This document shows, piece by piece, positions 1 through 9,403 of a stretch of DNA of 64,000 nucleotides. The stretch comes from Anaerohalosphaeraceae bacterium (GTDB lineage Bacteria; Planctomycetota; Phycisphaerae; Sedimentisphaerales; Anaerohalosphaeraceae), in contig CAXXSL010000011.1 of assembly GCA_963675525.2 (NCBI GenBank), positions 192,001 to 256,000 of the forward strand. Reading direction: 5' to 3'. The position numbers were made by a program, and so were the translations under genes. The stretch's first letter is position 1. Every line of letters begins with the position of its first letter. The notes below the pieces were generated by a model. The model was given only the letters and a program-made list of their open reading frames with translations, ran no database searches and was not told the origin of the DNA.

Positions 1-1
1 G

Positions 2-2569
2 TTGATTTCTATCGTGTTTATCTCCCTGCCGTCTGCTACCTGGGCACAAGAGGCGATCGGTATTAATTTTTTCGATGCGACCAATAGTAATGCAGCACCC
101 TATACCTGCTGGGATAAACAGGGGACTTATGTTTATCGGGATCCGGCGGGTGTATTTACTACATGCAGCGGTGGGATTCCTGTGAATATGTCTATCGGTG
201 CCGGTTCGCTTGTTCTTGAGTCCCAAATGCCCAGCGGTTGGTGGAACGCGGAATTCAAATTGGACTGGGGACACTCGGTCAATTTTCTAAGACACGGTGC
301 CACTCCACAACTCCATTTACGGGTCAAATGGGGGCAGATTGCTTCCGGGGCTGACATGTGGATCGGATTAATAGACGACCAGTATATTTTGAACCGCTAT
401 CGATTCTATGCGGGTCAGGGCAGTATTTACAGCAATCAGGATGCGTGGGTTCTTCTTTCCGATTACGTGACGCCTTCCACGTCGCAATGGCAGGATGTCT
501 ATATTCCCATGTCTGATTTTCTGGCCGATGACCCCAATCTTGATCTGACAAGAATCAGCATGTTGAAGCTTTCTGGTGCGGGAAATTATTCATCAATCAA
601 TACTTTGTATATTGAAAAAATAAGGGTTATACCGGAGATTGGCGGTGAATACTCGGAGATGGTCAAGGTTAATCAGTTCGGCTACCTGCCGAGCGATAGA
701 AAGCTGGCGATCGTCAGCTATGAGACTGGTGAGGTTTCTCCGGCACCCACATATTTTCAAGTTAGAGATGAAACCACGCGTGCCATTGTTCATCAGGCGA
801 GTCTTTCATTAGATACTCCTAGTGGTTCCTCGTGGGATTACAGCGGCGATACGGTCTATCACGCTGATTTCAGTTCTTTTACCACGCCGGGGCGATATGT
901 TATTTATTGTCCGGAATTGGGGCAAACATCTCCGGCCTTTGATGTCGGCGTCAAAAGCTACGATAAAGCGTTTCGTGATGCGCTTCGATTTTTCTACTAT
1001 GCCCGCAGCGGCAATGACATTGCCGAACCGTACGCCGAGGGCCACACTCGCCCGACCATTTATGCCAACAATAGCAACAGTCCTTATGATTATAACGATA
1101 ACGACAGCACCAAAATGTATGATTACGATCCGTCGGATAGTGGGATTACAACGCGTGACGTCAAGGGCGGCTGGTTCGATGCGGGGGATCTGCATCTGGA
1201 TGTTCATAATAATGTTGCAACATTATGGTTCCTGTTGAAGACATACGAGCAATTCAACGACAAGCTTGGGCCCGATCTCTTGAATCTTCCCGAATCGGAT
1301 GGACAGGCCAATGATCTCATCCCATTAATTAAATACCAGTTGGACTGGTTTAAGAAAATGCAGAACACCGACGGCAGTGTCCATTTCATCGTTTACAACA
1401 CAAGCGATTCTCAGCAAAAAGTCTCCGATGTGTCCAGCGGAGCGGCGTGTGTGCTGGCCGGAATATTTGCCAAGGCTTACACGGTTTTTTCCTCCGTGCC
1501 CGGCATGGAGTCCTACTGCAATGACCTGTTAGGTCGAGCAGAACTTTCATGGTCCTGGCTTTCGACCCATCCGAGCAATTACAATCCCACTTCCAACAGT
1601 AACTTATGGTCCTATGGGATCCGGGACGATGCCTCGTTCCGCTCTTTTGCGGCAATCGAACTTTATATCGCAACCGGCAATGCTGCCTACCGCAATTTCT
1701 TCGAAACCGCGTTCAACAGTACAGGAGACGCCAGAACCGCCTTTCCGGGTGATTTCAGCGGGACGGGCGTATCGGGCTCTGCAGGTCATTATGATCGTAT
1801 CTCTTTTATAACCGGCATCAATGGAATTGCGGCCGGATATATGGATTACGTGGATACTACGCGGCCCGTTTCCGCCTCCATAAAAAATAACATCAAGAGT
1901 CATTTTCTTACCGATGCAACTGAGGCTCTTACGCATCGTAACTGGACCACGTATAACATTCCCCTGTATTATTATAATGATTTGTCCTGGGGTTCCAGCG
2001 GAATGTTGTGCGGCAATGCCTATATTCTGCTGCGGGCTTACGAATGGACGGGTAATACAGACTATCGGGACGCGGCGATGGATGTACTCGACTGGATCAG
2101 TGGTCGTAATCCGGTTTCCAGAAACTTTATGACCGGTTACGGTGATTCCCTTCACGGTACTGATCATTATTCATTTTATATGTTCGACCATTCAAACCCG
2201 GTGCCCGGCTATCTCTGCGGTAATATCAATGCGTTCGGTGGGGATTGGGGACAGCATCCGTTGAAGTATTATGTCAAATATAAATACAAATATTACCTTA
2301 ATATTCAAACCGCCGGACTTCTGGAGCCTTGTTTGCCCTGGCAGGCCGCAATGTGCTATCTGCTCGGCTATTTTGCGTCAGATTTGAAAATGACCGGGGA
2401 TGTCTATCCTGACGGGACTATTGATATTCTGGACGTATCCACGCTTTGCGATGCGTGGTTAAGCGATCCCTCCGACGACAACTGGAATCCAATGTGCGAC
2501 ATTGCTGAACCGACCAACTACATCGACTATGCCGATTTTGCAGTATTGGCTTCACAGTGGACCAATTAA
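2..2569 (+). CDS. Secreted GH9 glycoside hydrolase (N-terminal CBM-like domain, Ig-like domain, GH9 catalytic domain, C-terminal dockerin-like domain); may be 5'-truncated by the window edge
   Basis: VKVNQFGYLPSDRKLA Ig-like start; GGWFDAGD GH9 motif; DWISGRNP and EPCLPWQA C-terminal GH9 motifs; GDVYPDGTIDILD...DYADFAVLASQW dockerin-like tail. Confidence 0.85.
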   Translation: MISIVFISLPSATWAQEAIGINFFDATNSNAAPYTCWDKQGTYVYRDPAGVFTTCSGGIPVNMSIGAGSLVLESQMPSGWWNAEFKLDWGHSVNFLRHGATPQLHLRVKWGQIASGADMWIGLIDDQYILNRYRFYAGQGSIYSNQDAWVLLSDYVTPSTSQWQDVYIPMSDFLADDPNLDLTRISMLKLSGAGNYSSINTLYIEKIRVIPEIGGEYSEMVKVNQFGYLPSDRKLAIVSYETGEVSPAPTYFQVRDETTRAIVHQASLSLDTPSGSSWDYSGDTVYHADFSSFTTPGRYVIYCPELGQTSPAFDVGVKSYDKAFRDALRFFYYARSGNDIAEPYAEGHTRPTIYANNSNSPYDYNDNDSTKMYDYDPSDSGITTRDVKGGWFDAGDLHLDVHNNVATLWFLLKTYEQFNDKLGPDLLNLPESDGQANDLIPLIKYQLDWFKKMQNTDGSVHFIVYNTSDSQQKVSDVSSGAACVLAGIFAKAYTVFSSVPGMESYCNDLLGRAELSWSWLSTHPSNYNPTSNSNLWSYGIRDDASFRSFAAIELYIATGNAAYRNFFETAFNSTGDARTAFPGDFSGTGVSGSAGHYDRISFITGINGIAAGYMDYVDTTRPVSASIKNNIKSHFLTDATEALTHRNWTTYNIPLYYYNDLSWGSSGMLCGNAYILLRAYEWTGNTDYRDAAMDVLDWISGRNPVSRNFMTGYGDSLHGTDHYSFYMFDHSNPVPGYLCGNINAFGGDWGQHPLKYYVKYKYKYYLNIQTAGLLEPCLPWQAAMCYLLGYFASDLKMTGDVYPDGTIDILDVSTLCDAWLSDPSDDNWNPMCDIAEPTNYIDYADFAVLASQWTN

Positions 2570-2653
2570 TCATCGAAACCGATTAGACGCTTAAATTCGT
2601 TCGTACAGACGGTCAGATAAATAGATTCGAATTTCCGGGCAGATCCGGCATGT

Positions 2654-3661
2654 TCATTTCGGCACTGGCATTGAACAGTCTTCGTCGTCCATTCTATCAT
2701 GCCATTGGAGGGAAGCTATCCAGAGACCGGCCTGAGATAATCCGCAGTGACTGATGTACCATCGGCCGTCCACATCCCGAACGATCTCTGCGGCATGGGA
2801 TTTTATGGTGGCGACTTCATCATCGAAGCTCCACGCGAATGGATCCTTGCTGCGATACACCTTGGTCGTTACATAATCAGCTCCGGGACCGATGAATAAA
2901 TAGTAATACGGGCCGCGACGGATGACAACGGGCGATTCGGTTGGGCCACCCCAGGTACCGACTTCAGGGTCGGTATAGACGACCCGCTTGCCCGACCAGT
3001 GAATGAGGTCGGTACTTGTTACGGCCGCAACGGTGTGATTGCCGCCTTCGGGTTTACTTGTTGCAGTGTAATACATGACCCATTGGTCGCCAACGCGAAG
3101 GATGAACGGGTCCCGGGCGTCATAACCATCGATGACCAGCGGATTGGCTGGATGACGTTGCCAGTCCCAGAGATTCTCAGAGGTTGCCAGATGAATCTTG
3201 TATTTGGTATTGTCCGGGTCCCCGGCACAATAATACATATAATACAGGCCCTCATGTAGAATGATATGGGGAGCCCATAAATGGACTTCGTCAATCGATT
3301 CATCGATCACCATGTCAAAGGGCTCTTTGTGCCATTGCTCCTGCAGAAGTGTTTTCGCGGTTGCGTGGGCCCAGAAAATAGCGTGCTCCGAATCCGGATA
3401 CACCGCCGGCGGTTTGGGCCTCTCAAATGTAATGCCGTACATGTGCCACGTCCTGTCTTGTCCGAGCACAAAACAATGGTCGTTGATATGCCACTGTTTT
3501 TCCAATTCGGCGCTTGGGTTATAGATTCGCTCGAATTCTCCAACTTCGATTATGTTTTGGCAATCCGACTGTTGAGTAAATCCCGCATCCTTCCCGCATC
3601 CCATAAAAATGAGTGCGTAAATCAGAATTGCAGGAATCATTAAATCCTTTTTTTTAATCAT
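2654..3661 (-). CDS. Lipoprotein five-bladed beta-propeller glycoside hydrolase (GH32/GH43 clan)
   Basis: Lipobox-like LIFMGC; INDH, WAPH, ARDP and TESP motifs. Confidence 0.8.
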   Translation of the reverse strand: MIKKKDLMIPAILIYALIFMGCGKDAGFTQQSDCQNIIEVGEFERIYNPSAELEKQWHINDHCFVLGQDRTWHMYGITFERPKPPAVYPDSEHAIFWAHATAKTLLQEQWHKEPFDMVIDESIDEVHLWAPHIILHEGLYYMYYCAGDPDNTKYKIHLATSENLWDWQRHPANPLVIDGYDARDPFILRVGDQWVMYYTATSKPEGGNHTVAAVTSTDLIHWSGKRVVYTDPEVGTWGGPTESPVVIRRGPYYYLFIGPGADYVTTKVYRSKDPFAWSFDDEVATIKSHAAEIVRDVDGRWYISHCGLSQAGLWIASLQWHDRMDDEDCSMPVPK

Positions 3662-3705
3662 GGTATTTTTTCTCTGAAGGTTTTATGCGATATGCAGGTT
3701 TCATC

Positions 3706-3965
3706 GCAAATACATCTGCTTTGAGTCAGGACCTGACACCAAGCTTTATTGCCGAAATTCGCAGTCCATTGGAAATATGTTACTCATAAAAGGCTCGCTG
3801 TCAAACATCTTTTTGACTCGAATTGGCCGAAAGCCTGAACCGCGGATACACGGATTACAATCATTACCGGCCGAACAGCAGCCTGAATTATATGGCCCCG
3901 GCGTCATATCGGGACGGCGTCTCCGCGACGCTACGCCTTCCTCATGACAGGGAGAAACCGCGTCA
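3706..3965 (+). mobile_element. Heavily decayed IS3-family transposase remnant
   Basis: Translated fragments KYICFESGPD (cf. YIRSDNGPE), AESLN (cf. ESFN) and DYNHYRPNSSLNYMAP (cf. YNxxRPHSSLxYxxP) lie in the expected order with deletions. Confidence 0.6.
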
Positions 3966-5834
3966 TAGGCAAAATGGATCACTGGTTTGGCTATTACAGT
4001 TTATCAACCATTCTTGGGCGAACAAAATAAAGTCGTCCATGCCAACTTGACAATCTCCACTGATATCCGCTACCAGATTTTCGCAGTTATTTGGCTTACA
4101 TAACACAAGAATATTGTCGACGTCAACACTGACATCTAAGCCCCCACAACGTCCCACAAACTCAAGACGAGCTTCATACGGTTTAAATGGATGTTCAACT
4201 ATGTCAATCAATAGGTTTTTCGCAATAATAACAGGTTCGGAATTTGGCTGATGATATATATCGGGGTGTAAAAAGATATCGAGCAGAGCCTTCGTACCCT
4301 GAAAGGAACGTAAATTTATCTGAATTCGATGAAATAGACCGGAGTCCAAATTGACCGAACTATCAAGTCCTTCCTCTGTAAGGACTACTCCATCCCAACT
4401 GATATGAACTTTATCATTCGGCCCTGAGGGATGGTATACATCCAGGCCGATCCCAATGGCATTGGTTAGTGTTGGCTTTTCTGCAAAAAAATTATTATCA
4501 CTATAGCGAGAACATCCTGTTGTTCCATTGAAAACAGTTGGCAGTAGCACTAAACCAAATCCATCCCCATCAGATTCCGTATCTATGCCTGACATTCGGA
4601 AATCAAACTGTATAATTATCCCTTCACAAAGACCAGCGGAATATCTTTCAAAAGCAATTGAACTATAATGCGTCTGGCCTGTTGCATCATAAAGCAACCG
4701 AAGAAAGCTGCCATCAGAATCGGAATCTGCCTCGAGTATATTCGGTTCAGGTCCATCTGCATCCCAGTGTTGCCTTGTACAATATGAGGCGGGAGTATTT
4801 AGATCAAAGCTTTCATAATAAACTGGGTTATCAAAAAATAACTGTTTGAGTGTCCCATGACTATTCCAAATACCGAAGTTTGCTTCTATGTCAGTTGGGG
4901 ATGATGCTTTCCATTTTTCATCAAACGCTTCAAAATAAAATACCAGTATATTATTATCAACTGCCCACTTGGAGACTTCATTGAAATATTGCCTAAGGTT
5001 ATCCAAAGATGGTTCGGCATCACCGTAAGTCGGCCCATTGCTTGCCCAGCCTGTTTCGCCAATAACAACCGGTAGTGCAGGTTTCCGCATCTTTATTTCA
5101 TCAATCGCCAATTCATATTTTAAGGCTAAAATGTTTTTCGCTGTGCTGATATGCGAACCGCCATCATCGATATCGGGGAACCCCCTCCAAAAAGGATAGA
5201 TATTGAGGAACAAAACATCAATATGCTCCAGCAATTCAGGGTGCCTCATGCCTGATATCCCCGTGCCGTCTGTTTCAAATAATGTTTCGAAAGGCTCTGC
5301 TGCAGCAATCTGAATATAGTCACAATTCGCGTTATCCAGTTGTCGCCTTACATCATCGAGTATATTGTAATATTCTGTTGGTGTTAAGCTTGTCGCTGGT
5401 GTTTCATCATAAGCAGAAAGTTCTTCGTTTCCAATAATGACAGTTTCCACCAAACCATCCACGCAGGCCTGTAATAAATTGGACATTTCTTCGGGATCTC
5501 CATCTCTGATCCAACTTCCCATAGCTACTCTGAGCCCCAAACTATTCGCTTCAGCAGGGATGTATTCCAAACCATGGGTGGCCCCATATGTGCGTATCCA
5601 TTCGGCATGGGATTTTCGGTTAATAATCTCCAGACGCCCCCGAACCTGTTCAAGGGAAATCGTATCACCTGGGCCTTGGCCATCAGTAAATGGAGAAAAG
5701 CACAACCCGGGAACATAGAAATCAGGTTCTACCAAATCATTAACATCGAAGGCAATCATGCCGTAGCAAGAGTGCTGCCATATAACACCAATCAGAACAA
5801 CTATAATAATCTTTGAAATTACTTGGTTTTTCAT
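3963..5834 (-). CDS. Secreted GH17-family beta-1,3-glucanase/transglycosylase with ConA/lectin-like domain and C-terminal dockerin-like domain
   Basis: Signal peptide; WIRTYG, IIGNE, NIYPFW, VVIGETGW and YFEAFDEKWK GH17 motifs; GDGFGLVL lectin-like motif; ADISGDCQVGMDDFILFAQEWL tail. Confidence 0.85.
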   Translation of the reverse strand: MKNQVISKIIIVVLIGVIWQHSCYGMIAFDVNDLVEPDFYVPGLCFSPFTDGQGPGDTISLEQVRGRLEIINRKSHAEWIRTYGATHGLEYIPAEANSLGLRVAMGSWIRDGDPEEMSNLLQACVDGLVETVIIGNEELSAYDETPATSLTPTEYYNILDDVRRQLDNANCDYIQIAAAEPFETLFETDGTGISGMRHPELLEHIDVLFLNIYPFWRGFPDIDDGGSHISTAKNILALKYELAIDEIKMRKPALPVVIGETGWASNGPTYGDAEPSLDNLRQYFNEVSKWAVDNNILVFYFEAFDEKWKASSPTDIEANFGIWNSHGTLKQLFFDNPVYYESFDLNTPASYCTRQHWDADGPEPNILEADSDSDGSFLRLLYDATGQTHYSSIAFERYSAGLCEGIIIQFDFRMSGIDTESDGDGFGLVLLPTVFNGTTGCSRYSDNNFFAEKPTLTNAIGIGLDVYHPSGPNDKVHISWDGVVLTEEGLDSSVNLDSGLFHRIQINLRSFQGTKALLDIFLHPDIYHQPNSEPVIIAKNLLIDIVEHPFKPYEARLEFVGRCGGLDVSVDVDNILVLCKPNNCENLVADISGDCQVGMDDFILFAQEWLINCNSQTSDPFCL

Positions 5835-5930
5835 ATTTTCGTCTCCTCATAATAGCTCGCAACTTAATAATAAATCATGCTATAGCCTCAAAAATTCCTC
5901 AAAAAGACTTATAATTTTAAGTCTCTGGAA

Positions 5931-6004
5931 AGTCCGGGGAGGGACTCGAACCCCCGAGTTACAGTTTTGCAGACTGCTGCCTTAGCCGCTCGGCTCACCC
6001 GGAC
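5931..6004 (-). tRNA. tRNA-Cys(GCA)
   Basis: Minus strand GTCCGGG TGA GCC GAGCGGCTAA GGC A GCAGT CTGCAAA ACTGT AACTC GGGGG TTCGAGT CCCTC CCCGGAC T; U discriminator. Confidence 0.85.
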
Positions 6005-6073
6005 AAATATATAACTTAATTCTTATTAATAGTGTTAAACCACCTTACCAACATAACAAGCATATCAGGCTTG

Positions 6074-6886
6074 TTAAGAACCAGGAGGCGGAGTATTATG
6101 ACTCCACATGTCTTCACGGTCTTCATATGCATTACATACCGGAGATATTTCGTCGACCATGACATCTTTTATTAATGCCTGCTCAATAAGTTTAACGTCT
6201 TGTGACAGACGGTAATGATGCCAGGGAAGATACTCCAACACAATCGTACCTTCCCACCCGAGATTGGCCAGATTCCGGACTACTTTAATGCAAAACATAT
6301 CAATGGGAAGATGCTGTCCTGTGCTATTGCGAGCAGACAAATGGACAACTGGAATCGACATCCAATAATCATCAATAATACGCATAATCATATCATTATC
6401 ATGAATATGTGAAGTGTCTAAAGTCATCGGAAGGTTTGCATCTATAATTTCGTCCGGCCTAAATATCCGATCGTGACCCGTGAATGTTTCTATGGCTACA
6501 GAAACAAATGTATTGTGTTTTAATCGTCTCAGATTATTACGAGCTATTTCCTGAAAGTCGATTTTATTCTTTTTAGAAACGCGATTTGGATGAACCGTAA
6601 TTGTCTTGGCTCCAACAGCTTCAGCAATTTTAATTGTCTGACGTCCCCATGCCAGAAAATCATCATTGTTTATTTTTGCATGAGTCGCATGAATCGTGCT
6701 ATAGACGATATTCTTACTTTTTAGTCTCTCGATCATTCCATCAAGACTAATCGCTGCCTCCTTCCACCATTCATATCGAGATGGGAGCGCCAATTCAATT
6801 GGAAAGCTTACACCTTTCAGACGCTCGTCAATTTGATGAATCGCCTGAAAACCAACTCGAGCCGAAACTGTTATTGAAGACACCAT
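6074..6886 (-). CDS. Xylose-isomerase-like/AP-endonuclease-2 TIM-barrel protein
   Basis: TIHATH, TVHP, AIET, LDTSH, VHLS and VLE metal-ligand pattern. Confidence 0.75.
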   Translation of the reverse strand: MVSSITVSARVGFQAIHQIDERLKGVSFPIELALPSRYEWWKEAAISLDGMIERLKSKNIVYSTIHATHAKINNDDFLAWGRQTIKIAEAVGAKTITVHPNRVSKKNKIDFQEIARNNLRRLKHNTFVSVAIETFTGHDRIFRPDEIIDANLPMTLDTSHIHDNDMIMRIIDDYWMSIPVVHLSARNSTGQHLPIDMFCIKVVRNLANLGWEGTIVLEYLPWHHYRLSQDVKLIEQALIKDVMVDEISPVCNAYEDREDMWSHNTPPPGS

Positions 6887-6901
6887 TGAATTTAATCTCC
6901 C

Positions 6902-7471
6902 TTATATTTCAAGAATCTGTTTGGGTTTAAAGTCAAGATAATCGCACGATGCAAAGATATATCGCACACCATCCATGTTGCGGTCAAGAACCTCTCCGGG
7001 GGCGATATTGTGGAGATGGCCAAACACGCATACGTCAATCTTATTCTCAGATAAACGCCGGGATATCTCATTGGCTTCGAAATTTGCCCCGACAGGTGGA
7101 AAATGAGTCATCAAAATTCTAAGCTTTCCATCCGAATTTTGCATTTTTGAAAGACACCGTTCAAGCCGTTCCATTTCACGATTTCGAATCTTTTCATGAT
7201 CAAACTCTCGTTTTTTATCATTTTCCCCATTTTCTTCTGTGACTTCAACTAGATTTCTTGAAGCAATACTATGCCATTTAATGAAGGGGTAGTTCCATAA
7301 CCGGGTTCCACTAATTACAAGATTACCAAGTTCTATTATATCGTTCTGAATGTAATACATATTCTCGGAAGCCTCTCCTCTCAATTTTTTAATACTAGAC
7401 CACCAGTAATCATGATTTCCCTTGATGATGACTTTTCGACCGGGTAGTTCGGCAATCACATACAGTTTCAT
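6902..7471 (-). pseudogene. Metallophosphoesterase with an in-frame N-terminal deletion (DxH and GD motifs missing)
   Basis: MKLYVIA joins directly to ELPGRKVIIKGNHDYWW; later THFPP and FGHLH motifs are present. Confidence 0.65.
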
Positions 7472-7530
7472 GTTTTACAACCTTTTCTTGCACGTTGGTA
7501 TTGACAATTTATTTGTTGTTATCACACTCT

Positions 7531-7566
7531 ATTATATTATCCTGTCCGCGGACACTCTGCGGACAC
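7531..7566 (-). promoter_or_regulatory. Island promoter element, copy 1 (11-bp-period direct repeat followed by TATAAT)
   Basis: Minus strand GTGTCCGCAGAGTGTCCGCGGACAGGATAATATAAT, 60 bp upstream of the 7471 start. Confidence 0.75.
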
Positions 7567-7625
7567 ATTGGTTATTCCTGAAATATTTGAGTTAAATACG
7601 TAAAAATGAAGCCGTAAAGACACAT

Positions 7626-8393
7626 TTATATTTCTATAACCAGATTTTCCTGAAAGCCTTTAACGATGTTGGGAAAATAACCTCTCGGATTACATATTAT
7701 GCGAGTCCTATCAATCATATAGTCAAATTCCGTATGTGTGTGGCCATGAATCCAGAATTCCGGGGTGTATTCTTTTATCATCCATTCAAGATCACTGCAG
7801 AATGCTCCGTTTAGGATATCGCTTTTGAATTCTTCTGATATTGATTTCGATGAAGGCAAATGATGGGTCACGATAATTGTGGGTCCGGCAAAAGGTTTCT
7901 CAAGTCTTTCCTTGAGAAATCGAACAGAGTCGTTATGAAAACATACTGTATCAGCCGGTTTAAGTTTTCGATATCGATTTTCCGGTCCAAGTCTAATGCT
8001 ATTAAAATCTGTCATCAGCCTTTGAGCCTCAAACATTGCCAATCCCATTTTTTCATTGCCACATATAGAAAAATCTGTCCAGAGCGTACATCCCAGAAAC
8101 TTGACATTTCCCAGAATCAACTCCTCATTCTCCAAAAAGAAAAAATTGGAATCATTTGAAAGTTCTCTCAGTTGCCGGTGGACTTTATATATTTTCTTGC
8201 TGTAATACTCATGGTTGCCGCAGATATAAATAATGGGAATATCCTTGAAAACTTCAAGTGCCCATTTTGCGCCGCGAATTCCTACATCCGTGTCGCCAGC
8301 AAGTACGACAGCATCGTAGTCGGTTTGTTCTAACTCCAATATTCCGAATTCATTATGTAAATCACAGTAAATAAGTATTTTCATGTTTTTCAC
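7626..8393 (-). CDS. Calcineurin-like metallophosphoesterase
   Basis: DLH, LAGD, GNHEYY, VTHHLP, HGHTH and CNPRGY motifs. Confidence 0.9.
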   Translation of the reverse strand: MKNMKILIYCDLHNEFGILELEQTDYDAVVLAGDTDVGIRGAKWALEVFKDIPIIYICGNHEYYSKKIYKVHRQLRELSNDSNFFFLENEELILGNVKFLGCTLWTDFSICGNEKMGLAMFEAQRLMTDFNSIRLGPENRYRKLKPADTVCFHNDSVRFLKERLEKPFAGPTIIVTHHLPSSKSISEEFKSDILNGAFCSDLEWMIKEYTPEFWIHGHTHTEFDYMIDRTRIICNPRGYFPNIVKGFQENLVIEI

Positions 8394-8926
8394 TCTTTAA
8401 CTTCATTCCGCCATAACGGATATGCTATTTTGTGAATATCATTAATTTCTTGTATTTTTTGAAGGTATTTTGACAAAAGCAGAAGTTCACAGTCGTCATC
8501 CTCTCCACGATACGGTTTAATCTGTAAGACATTTCCAAATTCAATAACCGAGTCATCAGGATTGTCATCAATTATCAGTACTTGCAAAGGATTGAGGCCA
8601 TTGGCAATGAGCCGCTTAAGATTCTTTGAATTGCCCCATTTTAACACTTCTGCCGTCATATAGTTTGGTCGGGCCCATACGAACTTTAACTTCACAAATG
8701 AAGGGACAATCCGGTTAACTATGGCGCGCACATAATCCTCTCCGGCTGAAGACCATATTGCGATAGTGTAAATTCGACTACACTGTTTGAGAAAGTCAGA
8801 TAGATACGGCCGTATATAGGTGTAATAATCCTCAAAATGAAAGTCCTCCAACCGATCCAGTTTTGCCAATGGAGAGTGGATTAGTGTTTCGTCCAAATCT
8901 AAAATCATGAGCTTCTGATCGTCCAT
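8390..8926 (-). CDS. HAD-superfamily FCP1/NIF-like phosphatase
   Basis: LILDLDETLIH (DxDxT), RPYLSDFL, WSSA and IIDD motifs. Confidence 0.85.
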   Translation of the reverse strand: MDDQKLMILDLDETLIHSPLAKLDRLEDFHFEDYYTYIRPYLSDFLKQCSRIYTIAIWSSAGEDYVRAIVNRIVPSFVKLKFVWARPNYMTAEVLKWGNSKNLKRLIANGLNPLQVLIIDDNPDDSVIEFGNVLQIKPYRGEDDDCELLLLSKYLQKIQEINDIHKIAYPLWRNEVKE

Positions 8927-8962
8927 AAGAATCCAGTTTTCTATGTTTTATGACCTTTGATT

Positions 8963-9124
8963 TTAAATAGTCTTAATATCTTTTCCGAATTTTGCACCCT
9001 TTTTCCACAATACCCCAATAACCACCCCAGATTCTTCTATTTCTTCTTTTATGACTTTCTTATGAGCAAGGTCTAACGGTGTTTGGCCCATGTTATCAAG
9101 AGCATTTACATCAGCGCGATGCAT
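8963..9124 (-). pseudogene. Ankyrin-repeat gene remnant (single repeat, 53 aa)
   Basis: Not in the ORF track; translates MHRADVNALDNMGQTPLDLA...LWKKGAK; in-frame stop just upstream; the nearby ATG with RBS is out of frame. Confidence 0.6.
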
Positions 9125-9262
9125 AACTAGTAATTAGTTTTTTATCGTGTTTACCCATATATCCCCAAGTTAAAAACAAGCCTTTTTCAGGCCTGATTTT
9201 TAAAGACTGATACTCCTTCATTCAAATTTTTTTCAAGATTTTTTGGTTTAAGTCGTTCCTTC

Positions 9263-9292
9263 ATAAACATACTGTGTCCGCGGACAATCTAG
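9263..9292 (-). promoter_or_regulatory. Island promoter element, copy 2 (degenerate)
   Basis: Perfect core palindrome TGTCCGCGGACA at 9275-9286, upstream of the ankyrin/phosphatase unit. Confidence 0.55.
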
Positions 9293-9403
9293 GAACAAAA
9301 AACTCTCTATAATATAACATGATTCAATAAAAGGTGTTATTGGGCTTTTTTAAATTTACTTTTACAGAATTGACAGCCACTCCCTAATTCCAATCCGATT
9401 CGT

